Source: Macrostomum lignano (Eukaryota). Taken from it: DNA of 64,000 bases. Numbering within the stretch: position 1 is the stretch's first letter; each line of letters begins with the position of its first letter. A program made the translations under genes and the position numbers. The stretch covers positions 62,001 through 126,000 of the forward strand of contig NIVC01000618.1 of assembly GCA_002269645.1 (NCBI GenBank). The letters run 5' to 3'. Below the pieces are notes generated by a model. The model did not search any database and was not told the origin of the DNA. It was given only the letters and a program-made list of their open reading frames with translations. Positions 36,790-49,194 of this stretch are shown piece by piece.

Positions 36790-37790
36790 TAGGTATCTAT
36801 GTTCACAATGTCAAGATCTCGGTCACAATAATCTCCCCCTTCCGGATCTGGATATCGAGCAGGCGATCGTCCAGTCCTGGTGGACTCCCGTGTCTCGATT
36901 TGCGGCGGTTGCTCATGTTTAGTTGCTGCATTGGCCGCGACTGGCTCGTCCAGCATCGATGCGCTGCCTGCTTCAGGTTCGGCCACGCCCTCTTCGGCTT
37001 TTGGGTTGTTACACTTCACCAGGCGATTGGCATGCTACTTCATACCGTCTTAGAGCACGAAGGTGTTCCTGCCAGCCTTCGACATGATGACTAAGGGGCC
37101 CTTCGAGATGACTACGGGGCCCTACAGTCGGGTTGCCAGCTCGTGCGCCCCATGTGGTAGCCGTCACCACACCCAGTCTCCAGACTTGAGTGTCGAGTCC
37201 GGAGCTCGCATCCGCCTGTTGGTGTCGGCTGCGATCTTGGCCTGTCGCTGGCTGGTCTCCTCGTTGAGACCATCGCTCCGAGACTGCCGCGTCGTTGGTG
37301 GCTTCAGTAACTGCAGGCCTGTCCTCAGCTTGCGACCAATCATCAACTCGGCCGGGGTGTGCCCTGTGAGCGCATGTGGACTCGTCCTGTAGGTCTTCAG
37401 CACCAGGTCAATGGCATCGTCAGATTTAATTCCCACTCAGGTTTGCGGCGAGGCCCTCCTTGATGTTGCGATTGAATGTCTCAACCTCGCCCTGTTGCCT
37501 TGCTTGTACGAGCTGGTATCAGCTTGACCTGCTGTGCTGGATTCCTTCGATTCGATCTGTAGGAAGTCCCAAAAGTCTTAACTCACAAATTGAGGTCCGT
37601 TGTTGCTGACGATCACCCTGGGAACACCCCAGCTGGACAGCTTCCTGCTTCCTGGGCGCCTTGCAGATGCTTGACGATATCACAGTCTCCATAGCTGCGA
37701 TCTCTGGCCATTTGCTGCGCAGGTCATGCACAACCAGCAGGAATCGCCGATGCCGCGGGGCTGCGACAACCTCACCGAAGATCTCATTCA
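36790..37790 (-). mobile_element. Degenerate Ty3/Gypsy pol fragment B (integrase core and C-terminus, PPT, start of 3' LTR)
   Basis: FLLVVHDLRSKWPE...SNNGPQFVS...YRTSPHALTGHTPAELMIGRKLRT. Polypurine tract GAAGGGGGAGA at 36832-36842 is followed by TG. Confidence 0.88.
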
Positions 37791-39265
37791 GAATAAATTA
37801 CTGACACGTGGTTGCACTTCTAACACTAGATTTCTTTAAAAGATTCAGTACTCTTCAGTTTTGAGAGTCAATTGAAGCCAAGTTTTTACACTGTGGTCAG
37901 CATGATGGAGTCGATTGAAGATTGCTGAGCATATTTTTACAATACGTGGTCAGAACAACATCAATTAAACGATTATTTAAGGATGGATCGAACGATTTAA
38001 GGACGTCGGGTAGGGAGCCATCCAGGCCCTGTCGGTCTCAGATGCAAGCCTGACAGTTTGAGAGACCTGTGATCGATTGGATATTTCCAAGCCATCTATC
38101 AAGTCAAAATCGACTTTTCAGAGTTTCATTGGTCGATGTTTAATGTTGTAACACTAGTGTTGACTTGTTCAGGTACTTTTTGATTCGGCGTATGAATGTA
38201 CCCGTAAGAACATTTTAATGCCGTTTTCCGAGTTTGGAATTTTTTTACCCTCTTTTTAAAAAGTTCTTTTTAACTGAATAATGTGAAGTCTTTCGGCCAA
38301 AAAAGGTCAACGACAGCTCGAACAGATGATGCTGATGACAGAGCCAAATGTGTCCATCCAAACTCACCATCAGCAAGGAAGCTGATTCAGAAAGCGATTG
38401 AAACTGTTTAGCCGATGGGTGACTTCATCCAAAAGTCATCAGTTGATGATGATGCTGTAATTCTGACAAGGCATGTTCAACTAGTACGATCTATTATCTC
38501 CGCTATTTTAAGACACCACTTGTAATACACGTAGCAGAATGCAGTAGAGGATAGGGATTTTTATTCTAATAAAGATTTTAGTAGTGTAACTTATGAATAT
38601 GTTTTGGACTTCAGTTTCTAGTTAATAGCTGAAGCCCAAACGGAATAAATACTATCATACAACAACTTTGATGTGTTGGCGCCAAAGCATATTAACATAG
38701 GGATGTAAATTCGGATCAAATAAACAACCGACTGAGTTTATTGACCAACAAATCAGTAGCGACAGCACCAAAAATAGGGGGAGTTCCTACCTAAACAAAA
38801 AAACATCGGGAAAGAAAGTGACAAATGCAACAAAGGCATTGCACAAAAATGCAAATCTTAGTTAAGAGACGAAAAGCACTCTGAGCCGAGCCTGTGAGTA
38901 TATGGATAGAAAAATAACGACTATGGGACTGGAAAACTTCGACAGGAAAAATATACAAACAAAAGCAGGTAATTGTGGAGGACATCATTCGCTCACACAA
39001 TTTACTAGTTGATAAAAGGCGACTTATAAAAAAATTGAACACATTTGAACACAAATTGAACACACAAGCAGCTAAGGTTTTTTTCTATTTTTTTTACTGA
39101 AAAGAAACGAGAACTAGAAACAAAATCCATGTACACAGAGTCTAAAATCACACACAGAATCCACAATTCAGCATACATAATCTCTTTGCCAAGCAGAAAT
39201 GCATTGATTTCCCTAAGTTCCCTAAAAATTCCCCCAAATCGGTACACACGGGATCAAAAGTCTTT

Positions 39266-42200
39266 TCAGTTCTTCCTTCGCTTAGGAGACTGTGGCGCGC
39301 CAAAAAGTTTGTCATCTTCAAATCCCTCTTCCCGCCTTCGCTTTCGAGCCTCATCTTGTAGATCCCTAATCGCCAGATCTTCATCCTGCTTTGTGTCCGT
39401 GTACAGCAGGCACTTGCCGCACTTCTGCGGGCAGCCCTTGTCGCTAGGGTTCTTCGGATGGTTGCAGAAATGCGCATAGGGGTCCTTGGTCAGCAGCGGC
39501 TGCCGGCAGATGTAGCAGAAGTGGGCGCGGCAGCGGCAGGTGATGTGGTTGCAGCCGTCAGTTTTGTAGATTGAGGCGTGGCACTTGTGGCACTCGCGCA
39601 GTCTGGCTCGGGTCATGCGCTCCTCGTAGTCCCTGCGCAGCTTCGTCTCACCTGCGATGCGGCGCGGGGAATGTGACGTCGGTATAGGGAATGTGACGTC
39701 GGTATAGGGAATGTGATGCCGGTATAGGGAATGCGATGCCGGTATAGGGAATGTGATGCCGGTATAGGGAATGCGATGCCGGTATAGGGAATGCGATGCC
39801 GGTATAGGGAATGCGATGCCGGTATAGGGAATGTGATGCCGGTATAGGGAATGTGATGTCGGTATAGGGAATGTGATGCCGGTATAGGGAATGCGATGCC
39901 GGTATAGGGAATGCGATGCCGGTATAGGGAATGCGATGCCGGTATAGGGAATGTGATGCCGGTATAGGGAATGTGATGTCGGTATAGGGAATGTGATGCC
40001 GGTATAGGGAATGCGATGCCGGTATAGGGAATGCGATGCCGGTATAGGGAATGTGATGCCGGTATAGGGAATGTGATGTCGGTATAGGGAATGTGATGCC
40101 GGTATAGGGAATGTGATGTCGGTATAGGGAATGTGATGCCGGTATAGGGAATGTGATGCCGGTATAGGGAATGTGATGTCGGTATAGGGAATGTGATGCC
40201 GGTATAGGGAATGTGATGCCGGTATAGGGAATGCGATGCCGGTATAGGGAATGTGATGCCGGTATAGGGAATGTGATGTCGGTATAGGGAATGTGATGCC
40301 GGTATAGGGAATGTGATGTCGGTATAGGGAATGTGATGCCGGTATAGGGAATGTGATGTCGGTATAGGGAATGTGATGCCGGTATAGGGAATGTGATGCC
40401 GGTATAGGGAATGTGATGCCGGTATAGGGAATGTGATGTCGGTATAGGGAATGTGATGCCGGTATAGGGAATGTGATGCCGGTATAGGGAATGTGATGCC
40501 GGTATAGGGAATGTGATGCCGGTATAGGGAATGTGATGCCGGTATAGGGAATGCGATGCCGGTATAGGGAATGTGACGTCGGTATAGGGAATGTGATGGC
40601 TGAAGAGTGTGATGAATGAAGGGGACTGTGATGAATGAAAAACAACAGGATACTGCATAGGGGAGTGTGAGGCAGTTTGACGAGGGACAAATATGAACTC
40701 ACTATTCTGCTCGAGTTCCGAGCACTTCTTGCCAAAGTGCTCAGACCAGTCCTGGCCGCATTCGCGGCAGGTCTCCAACTCGCAGTTCTGGCAGGCGAAC
40801 ACTTTCACGCCGGGGTCGAGAATGGCGCCCCACTGGCAGGTCGGGCAGCGGACAAAATTCTGGTCGTCAACCAGGCCGGAGCGCAGATTCTCCTCCATCA
40901 GGCGATCCTCGAATTTCTCAAGCACCTGCGGATCCAAGGCTTGGTGCACCAGCGACGGCAGGAACTGGTTGTCGCAGCCGTCGGCCATGCAGTCGAATGA
41001 GGTAGTGCCGGAGCCGAAGACCTTCTCTTTGACGTAGCCGTTCAGGCACTCCCGGCAGAACAGATGGCCGACAGGGCACTGAGTCATCTGCTCGAATGCG
41101 AACTCCGTGTAGCAGCACTCGCACTCGAATTGGGCCAGGTCAACTGGGCCGGCGGGCGCCGTGTCGCCGGCTGAAGCCGCTTCTGAGGGGGCGGTTCGGT
41201 TTTTGTTTCACATGACTGAAACATCACATGACCGAAACATCACATGACCGAAACATCACATGACCAAAACATCACATGACCGAAACATCACATGGCTGAA
41301 ACATCATGCACATGACTAAAACATCACATGACTGAAACATCACATGACCGAAACATCACATGACCGAAACATCACATGGCTGAAACACCACATGACTAAA
41401 ACATCACATGACTAAAACATCACATGACTGAAACATCACATGACCGACACATCACATGACCGAAACATCACATTGCGGAAACATCCCATGGCCGAAACAT
41501 CACGACCAGAATATCACAAGAACGAAACATATAACAGAAACATCACATGACCGAAACATCACATGACCGAAACATCACATGACCGAAACATCACATGACC
41601 AAAACATCACATGACCGAAACATCACATGGCTGAAACATCACATGACTAAAACATCACATGACTAAAACATCACCTGACCGACACATCACGTGACCGACA
41701 CATCATACAACTGAAACATCACATGACCAACACTTCACGTGACCGACATCACGTGACCGACACATCACATAACTGAAACATCACATGACCAACACTTCAC
41801 GTGACCGACATCACGTGACCGACACATCACATAACTGAAACATCAGATGGCCAAAACAACACATGGCCGAGAAGTCACAAGACTATTTAGACTTGGTAGG
41901 GCTATAATAAAGAATACAGACGATGCACTGGCATAGACTGAATGTTTTGTGTTAGTGAAAATATTACCATCTTTATCAACAGTATTGGAGTTGGCTGAAG
42001 TGGTTTCGCCGGCAGAGTCAGTTCGACAGCGATCTCTGGCAGCTTTCAGCTCCTGTGCCAGATGCGGATATTGGCCATAGATCTCAGCAGCTCTGGGCCC
42101 GTACATTCTTGGCCGCCGGTTGCGCAGAAAATGGATAGCATTAGGAGGCGGCTTGAGGCCGGGAACCAGCGGTGTTGGAGTCTGGTTGGGACAGATCATC

Positions 42201-43701
42201 TTATAGGAAAATCCGTGAGTCCGATAGGGAAACGACGACTCAGTTGTCAGTCCCAGAGCCGTCAGCTGACCGTATAGAAAGCTGTAAGCCGGAGCCAGCA
42301 AGTGCTTGTGAGACGCCAAGACCGCACTGATGGTCTGATGGCTTACGTACGGAAACTCGAGCTGCAGAATGTCCAGCGCGGTGCGGATCTGCCTGGCATC
42401 AGTTGGCGCCTCCCTGCCCCCGATATCCCAGTAGTCGGCAACTCCGGACTGCGGATTCGACAACGACCGCTGCTGCTTCTGCAGGCCCGACGGCCCCGCG
42501 CCAGGCGACGAATATGAAGATGAAGCGGAGCCGGCGCTCTCCCGAAGCTGCTGGTACTTCTTGACGCGCCGTTTGAAGCCGCCCTCAAGATAGTCGGTGA
42601 CCACACGCTGGATGGCGGCCTCGCGTGCTCCGTTAGTGACGGCCAGCGCTGTCCGAGCAGCCGCAGCGGTCGCATCCGGACAGGCGTCCGGAAAGATGCC
42701 AAGCAGCTCGCTGAGTACCAAGTCCACCTGTTCAGCGGCGACCGAGGCATGCATCGAGTTCTGCGGCTGCTGAGGTGTCGGAGGCTGCTGCTGCTGCTGC
42801 TGCCACTGCTGAAGCAGCTGATCTATATCAAGCGATGTCATGTCCCGCTGCTGATGCTGAGCTGTTTGTACAGGCCGATCTCCTTGATGAGGCGGCTGAG
42901 CACCCTGTGGCTGCTGAGCAACCTGCTGTGGCTGTTGAGCATGCACCTGTGGCTGTTGAGCACGCACCTGTGGCTGTTGAGCACGCACCTGTGGCTGTTG
43001 AGTACGCACCTGTGGCTGTTGAGCACGCACCTGTGGCTGTTGAGCACGCACCTGTGGCTGCTGAGCACGCACCTGTGGCTGCTGAACATGCTGCTGAGCA
43101 GGTGGCTGAGTATGCTGCTGAGCAGGTGGCTGAGCAGGTGGCTGTGCAGGTTGCTGAGCATTCTGCTGAGCAGGTGGCTGAGCAGGCTGCTGAGCAGGTG
43201 GCTGAGCATGCTGTGTAGCAGGTAGCTGAGCAGGTGGCTGAGCATGCTGTGTAGCAGGTAGCTGAGCAGGTGGCTGAGCATGCTGTGTAGCAGGTAGCTG
43301 AGCAGGTGGCTGAGCATGCTGTGTAGCAGGTAGCTGAGCAGGTGGCTGAGCATGCTGTGTAGCAGGTAGCTGAGCAGGTGGCTGAGCATGCTGTGTAGCA
43401 GGTAGCTGAGCAGGTGGCTGTGCAGGTGGCTGAGCATGATGCTGAACACGCTGCTGAGCAGGTGGCTGATTCTCCGACGGTGCAACTTGTTTGTTCGATT
43501 GGGGCGGCGGCGGCTGTACTTGCATCTGCAACTCCATCATGCCTTGCTGTTGCTGCTGCTGCAGGATCTCAGTGGCCGGGTCCTGCGGGTCGCCAGTCAT
43601 TGCACGCAGCAGGGCATCGAGAGTCTCCGCATCAAACAAGTCTAAATTCGCCGCAATCTCCTCGGATCCATAGCTGCGCAGAGTTCGGCGGTGACCAAGA
43701 T
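39266..43701 (-). CDS. RNF216: RNF216/TRIAD3-like RBR E3 ubiquitin ligase (exons ~43701-41968, 41182-40703, 39651-39266; start codon or 5' exon uncertain)
   Basis: Spliced frame gives CUE-like LLGIFPDA and LQLEFPYV...HKHLLAP segments, RING1 (CECCY...CPVGHLFCREC...C..DGC), IBR (CPTC...CQNC...CRECGQDWSEHFGKKC) and RING2 (CHKC...KTDGCNHITCRCRAHFCYIC). Both introns are GT-AG, phase 1. Confidence 0.9.
39665..40600. repeat. 20-bp intronic minisatellite (ggtatagggaatgtgatgcc)
   Basis: Fills most of RNF216 intron 39652-40702. Confidence 0.97.
41213..41850. repeat. 16-bp intronic minisatellite (aaacatcacatgaccg)
   Basis: Fills most of RNF216 intron 41183-41967. Confidence 0.93.
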
Positions 43702-45284
43702 CTAATTTTAAATCTCTGAAGTGTTGCAAATTTCACCTGATTATTCCTATTTTTGATGAACTAAAAATACTTTTAAATTGTCTGTTCCATAGATCTTATA
43801 TTCCCTGGATAGGCCACTTAGTAATTGCGGTTAAAAGCGAAAGCGCGACCGCTGTTTTTCGTCATTTGCGCTTCAATTTGAGTTCAGCAGCTTAGGGACA
43901 TAGACGCTATTTTTGAGAATTTCTTATTAATTTTTTAATAAGTTAATTTCTGTCTCATTGACTGTTATTTAAAGCGCACCTTTTAGAATTCTGCGTTTTT
44001 GCATTAAATATATACAAGCACATGTACGTTTAAGAAGGACCAGCAGTTAAAAGCGCAGTTATACACGCACTGATCATAAAAGTTTGACCTCACTCCGTCA
44101 GATATAAATGAGCTAATAAAAAGCTACTTAATCAAACTAAGAATGATACATGCGCTGCAGAGACTACTGACGAAATTGAGTTCAGTAGTAGTTGATTTTC
44201 GCGCTGTTGCGAGTTGCGGAATATTTTTACATTGGCTTCTATGGCCACATAGGCGGTTAATGAGAGGCCCATATTGTGTATATATGATCTTTGATCTATT
44301 CTAAGCTTGTTGTTCTAAAGTACAACAGGTACTGTGCTATCTATCTGCAGGGCAGAGCAGCTCAGTGGTGAACGTATGAACGTTTATGAAAAATAGGAGC
44401 GACAGTAATGCTATGTTATGCCTCCATTATGATTTATCTCTTAGTATTGTTTATATTATCCTCCCACCCCAGGTTTTCCCGCCTTGATGGAGACATAAAT
44501 AGCGTCAAGGGGGGTTTGTGGTCAAGTTAAAGCGCTCGGGTTTTTCGGGGGAAGGGATTGGGGTAGAGAAATCGGGACCCAATGCTTCCGGCTCAATTTT
44601 GACTCTCAAGTTCACATCCCCTTCCTGTGGTATATTTCAAATTTTAGCCGGCTTAACGCGGAATCGAGCCCGGGCACCCAGCTACCGCTAGGCTGCTTTT
44701 AATTCAAACCAATTTCTCTAGCAAGTCTAAGGCACCGCTTCTGTGCAAGAGAGCAGTGGTTTGGCCATAGACATGACCTCTAGCCAGTTTGAATATGGAC
44801 ACATTGGTCCAATTAAGCAAGCTATAAAACGTCTATGACCAGAACAGTGTGTTTAACAAAGAGGAGATTGTGACACACTAAGAGCGGGGGGGGGGGGTCG
44901 AACCTCGATCAGACAGACCAAGATCAGTCTCTGGTTTGTTTGCTTTCTTCAGTGGGGCCGTAGCCACGCGCCTGTTGTTTCTTTTATGGCCACATTTTTT
45001 CTGACTGTGAGACATTTTACGATTTAAATATTTACTCGTCTACTTTTCTCAGTAGTCTAGATGGAATCTCTCACAGATAGAAAATTGGTTTGAAATTATT
45101 AGATAGGTTTATAAAATATCAATGATCAAACTAATTACTATTGAAGCAGCAAATAAAGAAAACTCAAAGACAGAAATTTCACAGAGCCTATCAGATTTTT
45201 ATTCTTATATACCGCCCGCAACCAGGTGAGACCACAGATACAAGAATAACTAGATGAACCACCACTCATGCATACATACTTAGC

Positions 45285-45649
45285 AAAACAGCTTCCTACT
45301 TTCAGTTCAGTAGCAATGAAGAATACATAAGCTATTTTATAAGTTTTATAACTTTGATAACTTTAGAAGCCCAAGCTTGCAGGCGTAAACAGCTTGCTAA
45401 TTGGTTCAGCCATAAGCTTAAAGTTCAGGCTGGAACAACTGAGGAAGATAATAAAAATTGGGTGGCGAGGTAAGGGTAAAGGCTTCGTGTGGAGTTTGGG
45501 GTTTAAGCTTGGAAGGGGGTAAAAGCCAATAAATGAGCCTTGGCTGTAAAAATACATTAAAATGCTTCTGTTTAACTTACTACTGAACTGGAAGTAGCTT
45601 GCACGCAAATGTGCTGAGTGGTCCATCTAGTTATTCTAGTATCTGTGGG
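45285..45649. repeat. ~370-bp dispersed repeat with 18-bp inverted arms; second copy at 57902-58275
   Basis: Long colinear matching blocks between the two loci. Arms are ctactttcagttcagtag / ctactgaactggaagtag. Confidence 0.88.
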
Positions 45650-45734
45650 TGAGACATAACAGACCAAGCATTAAGAGACTACAGAGCTGCATCTCAATGG
45701 ATCTCAGGCAGTGCATCTATCCGCACACAATCTA

Positions 45735-48700
45735 CTACTCAAATTCAAAGTCAAAGTAGTCATTGTCGAATGAGTGCAAACGGACGAAGCCGTCCTCGCC
45801 GCCAGTGACGAAGCCGCGACCGTCGGGCGTGAAGCCGACGGAGTTGATGGGTCCGAAGTGGCCTTTGACCCTGGCGAATTCCTCCTCGTAGACTGTGTGG
45901 AAAAATTTTGCATCAAATTTGCCAACATGCGCGCCGGACGTTGTGACGTCCTGGGCCTCCTGGCCGCCGCCAAGCAGCACATGCGGCCGCAGCGGGCTGA
46001 TGTCAGCCGAGTTCACCGGCCGCTCGGTCTTGTAGGTCTTGAACAGCTGCAGCTCGTAGCTGTCTATTAGGCGAGCCGTGTGGTCTTTGCTGGCTGTTAC
46101 GAACATTGTGCCGTCTTTGTACATGCGAATGTCGTTAATGGCGCCTTTGTGATGCTTCTCCGTCCTTATTACCTGGGGTAGCATGCGAGTTTTAGAGATG
46201 ACTCTGTAGGGCGGATGTTGCTCTGTGACCAGGTTCCACGACAATGGCGATCACAAATATGAGATCTAAGAGGGTTGGCTACATAGCAACTGAAGATCTG
46301 GGAGGCTGGCCCAGCAACTGAGGATCTGGGAGGCTGGCCCAGCAACTGAGGATCTGGGAGGCTGGCCCAGCAACTGGGGATCTGGGAGGCTGGCCCAGCA
46401 ACTGGGGATCTGGGAGGCTGGCACAGCAACTGAGGATCTGGGAAGCTGGCCCAGCAATTGAGGATCTGGGAAGCTGGCCCAGCAACTGAGGATCTGGGAG
46501 GCTGGCCCAGCAACTGGGGATCTGGGAGGCTGGCACAGCAACTGAGGATCTGGGAGGCTGGCCCAGCAATTGAGGATCTGGGAAGCTGGCCCAGCAACTG
46601 AGGATCTGGGAGGCTGGCCCAGCAACTGAGGATCTGGGAGGCTGGCCCAGCAACCGAGGATCTGGGAGCTTAGCCCTGCATGACAGAGACCCCACCCCGC
46701 CCATACCTTCTGAGCGCGCACGTCCATCTGGCACAGGTCGCCATTCTCGTGCCCGGTGATGAGGAACCGGCTCAGTGGGCCCCACACGGCGCTGGTTATC
46801 TTGGACTCCGGCACCAGCATCTGGCAGGCGGGCTGCCCGGCGGGGTCCTGGCGGATATCGTACAGCAGGATGGTGCACTTGTAGCCCATGGTCTTGTCCG
46901 TGGTCAGCATAGCGCTGGTGCCGGCAAAGTCGAAGCCGCAAGAGCGAACGGCGCTATTAGTATCGACGCTGAGCACGCACTTGCCGGTCTCCGTGTCCCA
47001 CAGCTTGGCGCTGTTGTCGGCAGATCCGGTTAACACCTGGGTATTATTAGTTGTGAGTCCAATGAGTATGAGGATAAGTTTACACTTTTGACACCTCACT
47101 GAGTCACTGCTAGCTTAACCTGTGACACCTCACTGAGTCACTGCTAGCTTAACCTGTGACACCTCACTGAGTCACTGCAAGTTTAACCTGTGACACCTCA
47201 CTGAGTCACTGCAAGTTTAACCTGTGACACCTCACTGAGTCACTGCTAGTTTAACCTGTGACACCTCACTGAGTCACTGCTAGCTTAACCTGTGACACCT
47301 CACTGAGTCACTGCTAGTTTAACCTGTGACACCTCACTGAGTCACTGCTAGTTTAACCTGTGACACCTCACTGAGTCACTGCTAGTTTAACCTGTGACAC
47401 CTCACTGAGTCACTGCTAGTTTAACCTGTGACACCTCACTGAGTCACTGCTAGTTTAACCTGTGACACCTCACTGCTAGTTTAACCTGTGACACTCACTG
47501 AGTCAATGCAAGTTTAACCTGTGACACCTCACTGCTAGTTTAACCTGTGACACTCACTGAGTCAATGCAAGTTTAACCTGTGACACCTCACTGCTAGTTT
47601 AACCTGTGACACTCACTGAGTCAATGCAAGTTTAACCTGTGATACCTCACTGCTAGTTTAACCTGTGACACCTCACTGAGTCAATGCAAGTTTAACCTGT
47701 GATACCTCACTGCTAGTTAAACCTGTGACACCTCACTGAGTCACTCCCGTTAGAAAAGTTATGCACCTGCAGAGGCATAAAAGGTGAACGAGGTACACAA
47801 AAGAGGCACTTTAGTGGCCTATTTCGTGTGTGTTTTTGAAATGCACCTGAGTGCACCTTTTATGCCTAAATGTCACCAATATTTTTGAAAAGAGGCATGA
47901 AAGGTGTAAAATCGGTGAAGTGGTCAGGCAGTAGGTGAATTCTCAATTTTGATTGGTTGCGGCGGTAGGGGGGCAGTAAAGGTGTATAAGGGGCACTGGA
48001 GGTGCGCAAAAGGTGAAGAGTAGGCTCACAAGTGAGGCACATCAGGGGCACGAGAGGTGCTGAAGGGGCGCAGAAAGCGCATGAAAGGTGAATTAGAGGT
48101 GCATTTAAGGTGCATTTCAGGCACGAAAGGTGAATTAGAGGTGCATAAGGTGTACATGTGCGTAAATATGTATACAGATGCATTTCCAAAACACGCCCGA
48201 AATAGACTCCTAAAGTGCATCTTCTGTGCACCTCGCTCACCTTCCATGCCTATGCACGAATTAACGCATTAAGAATTCGTAACAAAAAATTGACTGAGAG
48301 GTACATACTCATACATTGCACGCACAGATTGAACATAGAAAAGCTTTATTTACACCTATACTAATCGCTGCTATCCCCTTCCTGATTCTAACAAACCAAG
48401 AAACTAAACATTTCTTATACTGATAAGTTTTAATGACTTTCAAATACTCAGGAAAAGCTCCGAAAAGTGATGAAAAGGTTTGCATTAGTGAGGAAAAATT
48501 TCGAATAGTGAGAAAAGGAAGCAAATAACTTTGCCAGTTGAAAATTTAATGCCCCTTGCATTGCCTCTACGCCTAAAGTGCCCACTGTGCACCTTTTATT
48601 CACCTTTCGAGCCTCCAGTGCACACTGTACACTTTTTATCCACCTCCACCGCAGCGCACCTTTTATTCACCTTTCACTCCACCAATGCCCCCAATTCCTA

Positions 48701-49194
48701 CTTTGTTCACCTTTTGTGCCTCAACGCACACTGTGCACCTTTTATGCACCTAACTCACCTATGACACCTGTGCCCCTACCGCCTATTTCGTGCCTTAAAT
48801 TCACCTTCCACCCCTGCAGAGGCACTCAGGTGAACAAAAGGTGCACAAGTGGCACAAAATAGGCATAAGAGAGGCGAAAGTGAGGCAGAAGGTGCAAAAC
48901 TCTTCACCTTTCATGCCTACTTTAAAAACTCAAAATCCAACGGGACTGCTAGCGACTCTGTAAAAAACAGCAGACCACCGGCAAACTGTCACTGACCTTT
49001 TCGCTGTCCCAACGGCAGTCAACGCACCACACGGCGCCATTGTGTCCAACCAGGCTGCCAAGGCGTTCGCCATTCAAAGCGAACCAAATCGAAGGATGCG
49101 GATCTTTGGCGCAGGTGAAAATTAAATCTCCATCCCGATTGAATCGGACCTGCGTTATGGACCTCATGTGGCCGAGGAGGCATATGGGTTTCAT
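45735..49194 (-). CDS. EIF3I: Eukaryotic translation initiation factor 3 subunit I (WD40); exons 49194-48997, 47036-46707, 46172-45735; 321 aa
   Basis: [26 protein letters not shown]...[14 protein letters not shown]; [14 protein letters not shown]; [11 protein letters not shown]...[12 protein letters not shown]...KFDAKFF...[23 protein letters not shown]...[10 protein letters not shown]. Two phase-0 GT-AG introns. Confidence 0.97.
46288..46668. repeat. 28-bp intronic minisatellite (tgaggatctgggaggctggcccagcaac)
   Basis: Within eIF3i intron 2. Confidence 0.95.
47090..47745. repeat. 34-bp intronic minisatellite (ttaacctgtgacacctcactgagtcactgctagt)
   Basis: Within eIF3i intron 1. Confidence 0.95.
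47746..48944. mobile_element. 1.2 kb CACTA/CMC-like non-autonomous element with 3-bp TSD
   Basis: cccgttaga / tccaacggg termini. ACT is duplicated (47743-47745, 48945-48947). aaaggtg(a/c)a subterminal motifs are inverted between the halves. Confidence 0.82.

Noticed and set aside
37980-38110. Possible mariner HTH remnant (LTV*ETCDRLDISKPSI)
   Set aside because: Too short and interrupted by stops, with no TIR or TA TSD found.
39648-40735. 489-aa and 479-aa ORFs containing 20-aa FPIPASHSLYRHHIPYTGIT repeats
   Set aside because: The repeat lies in a canonical phase-1 GT-AG intron (39652-40702). Removing it restores the RBR IBR-to-RING2 linker.
44640-44692. Helitron-like 3' end (gagcccgggcacccagctaccgctag)
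   Set aside because: No clean hairpin or 5' TC end could be defined, so there is insufficient support.
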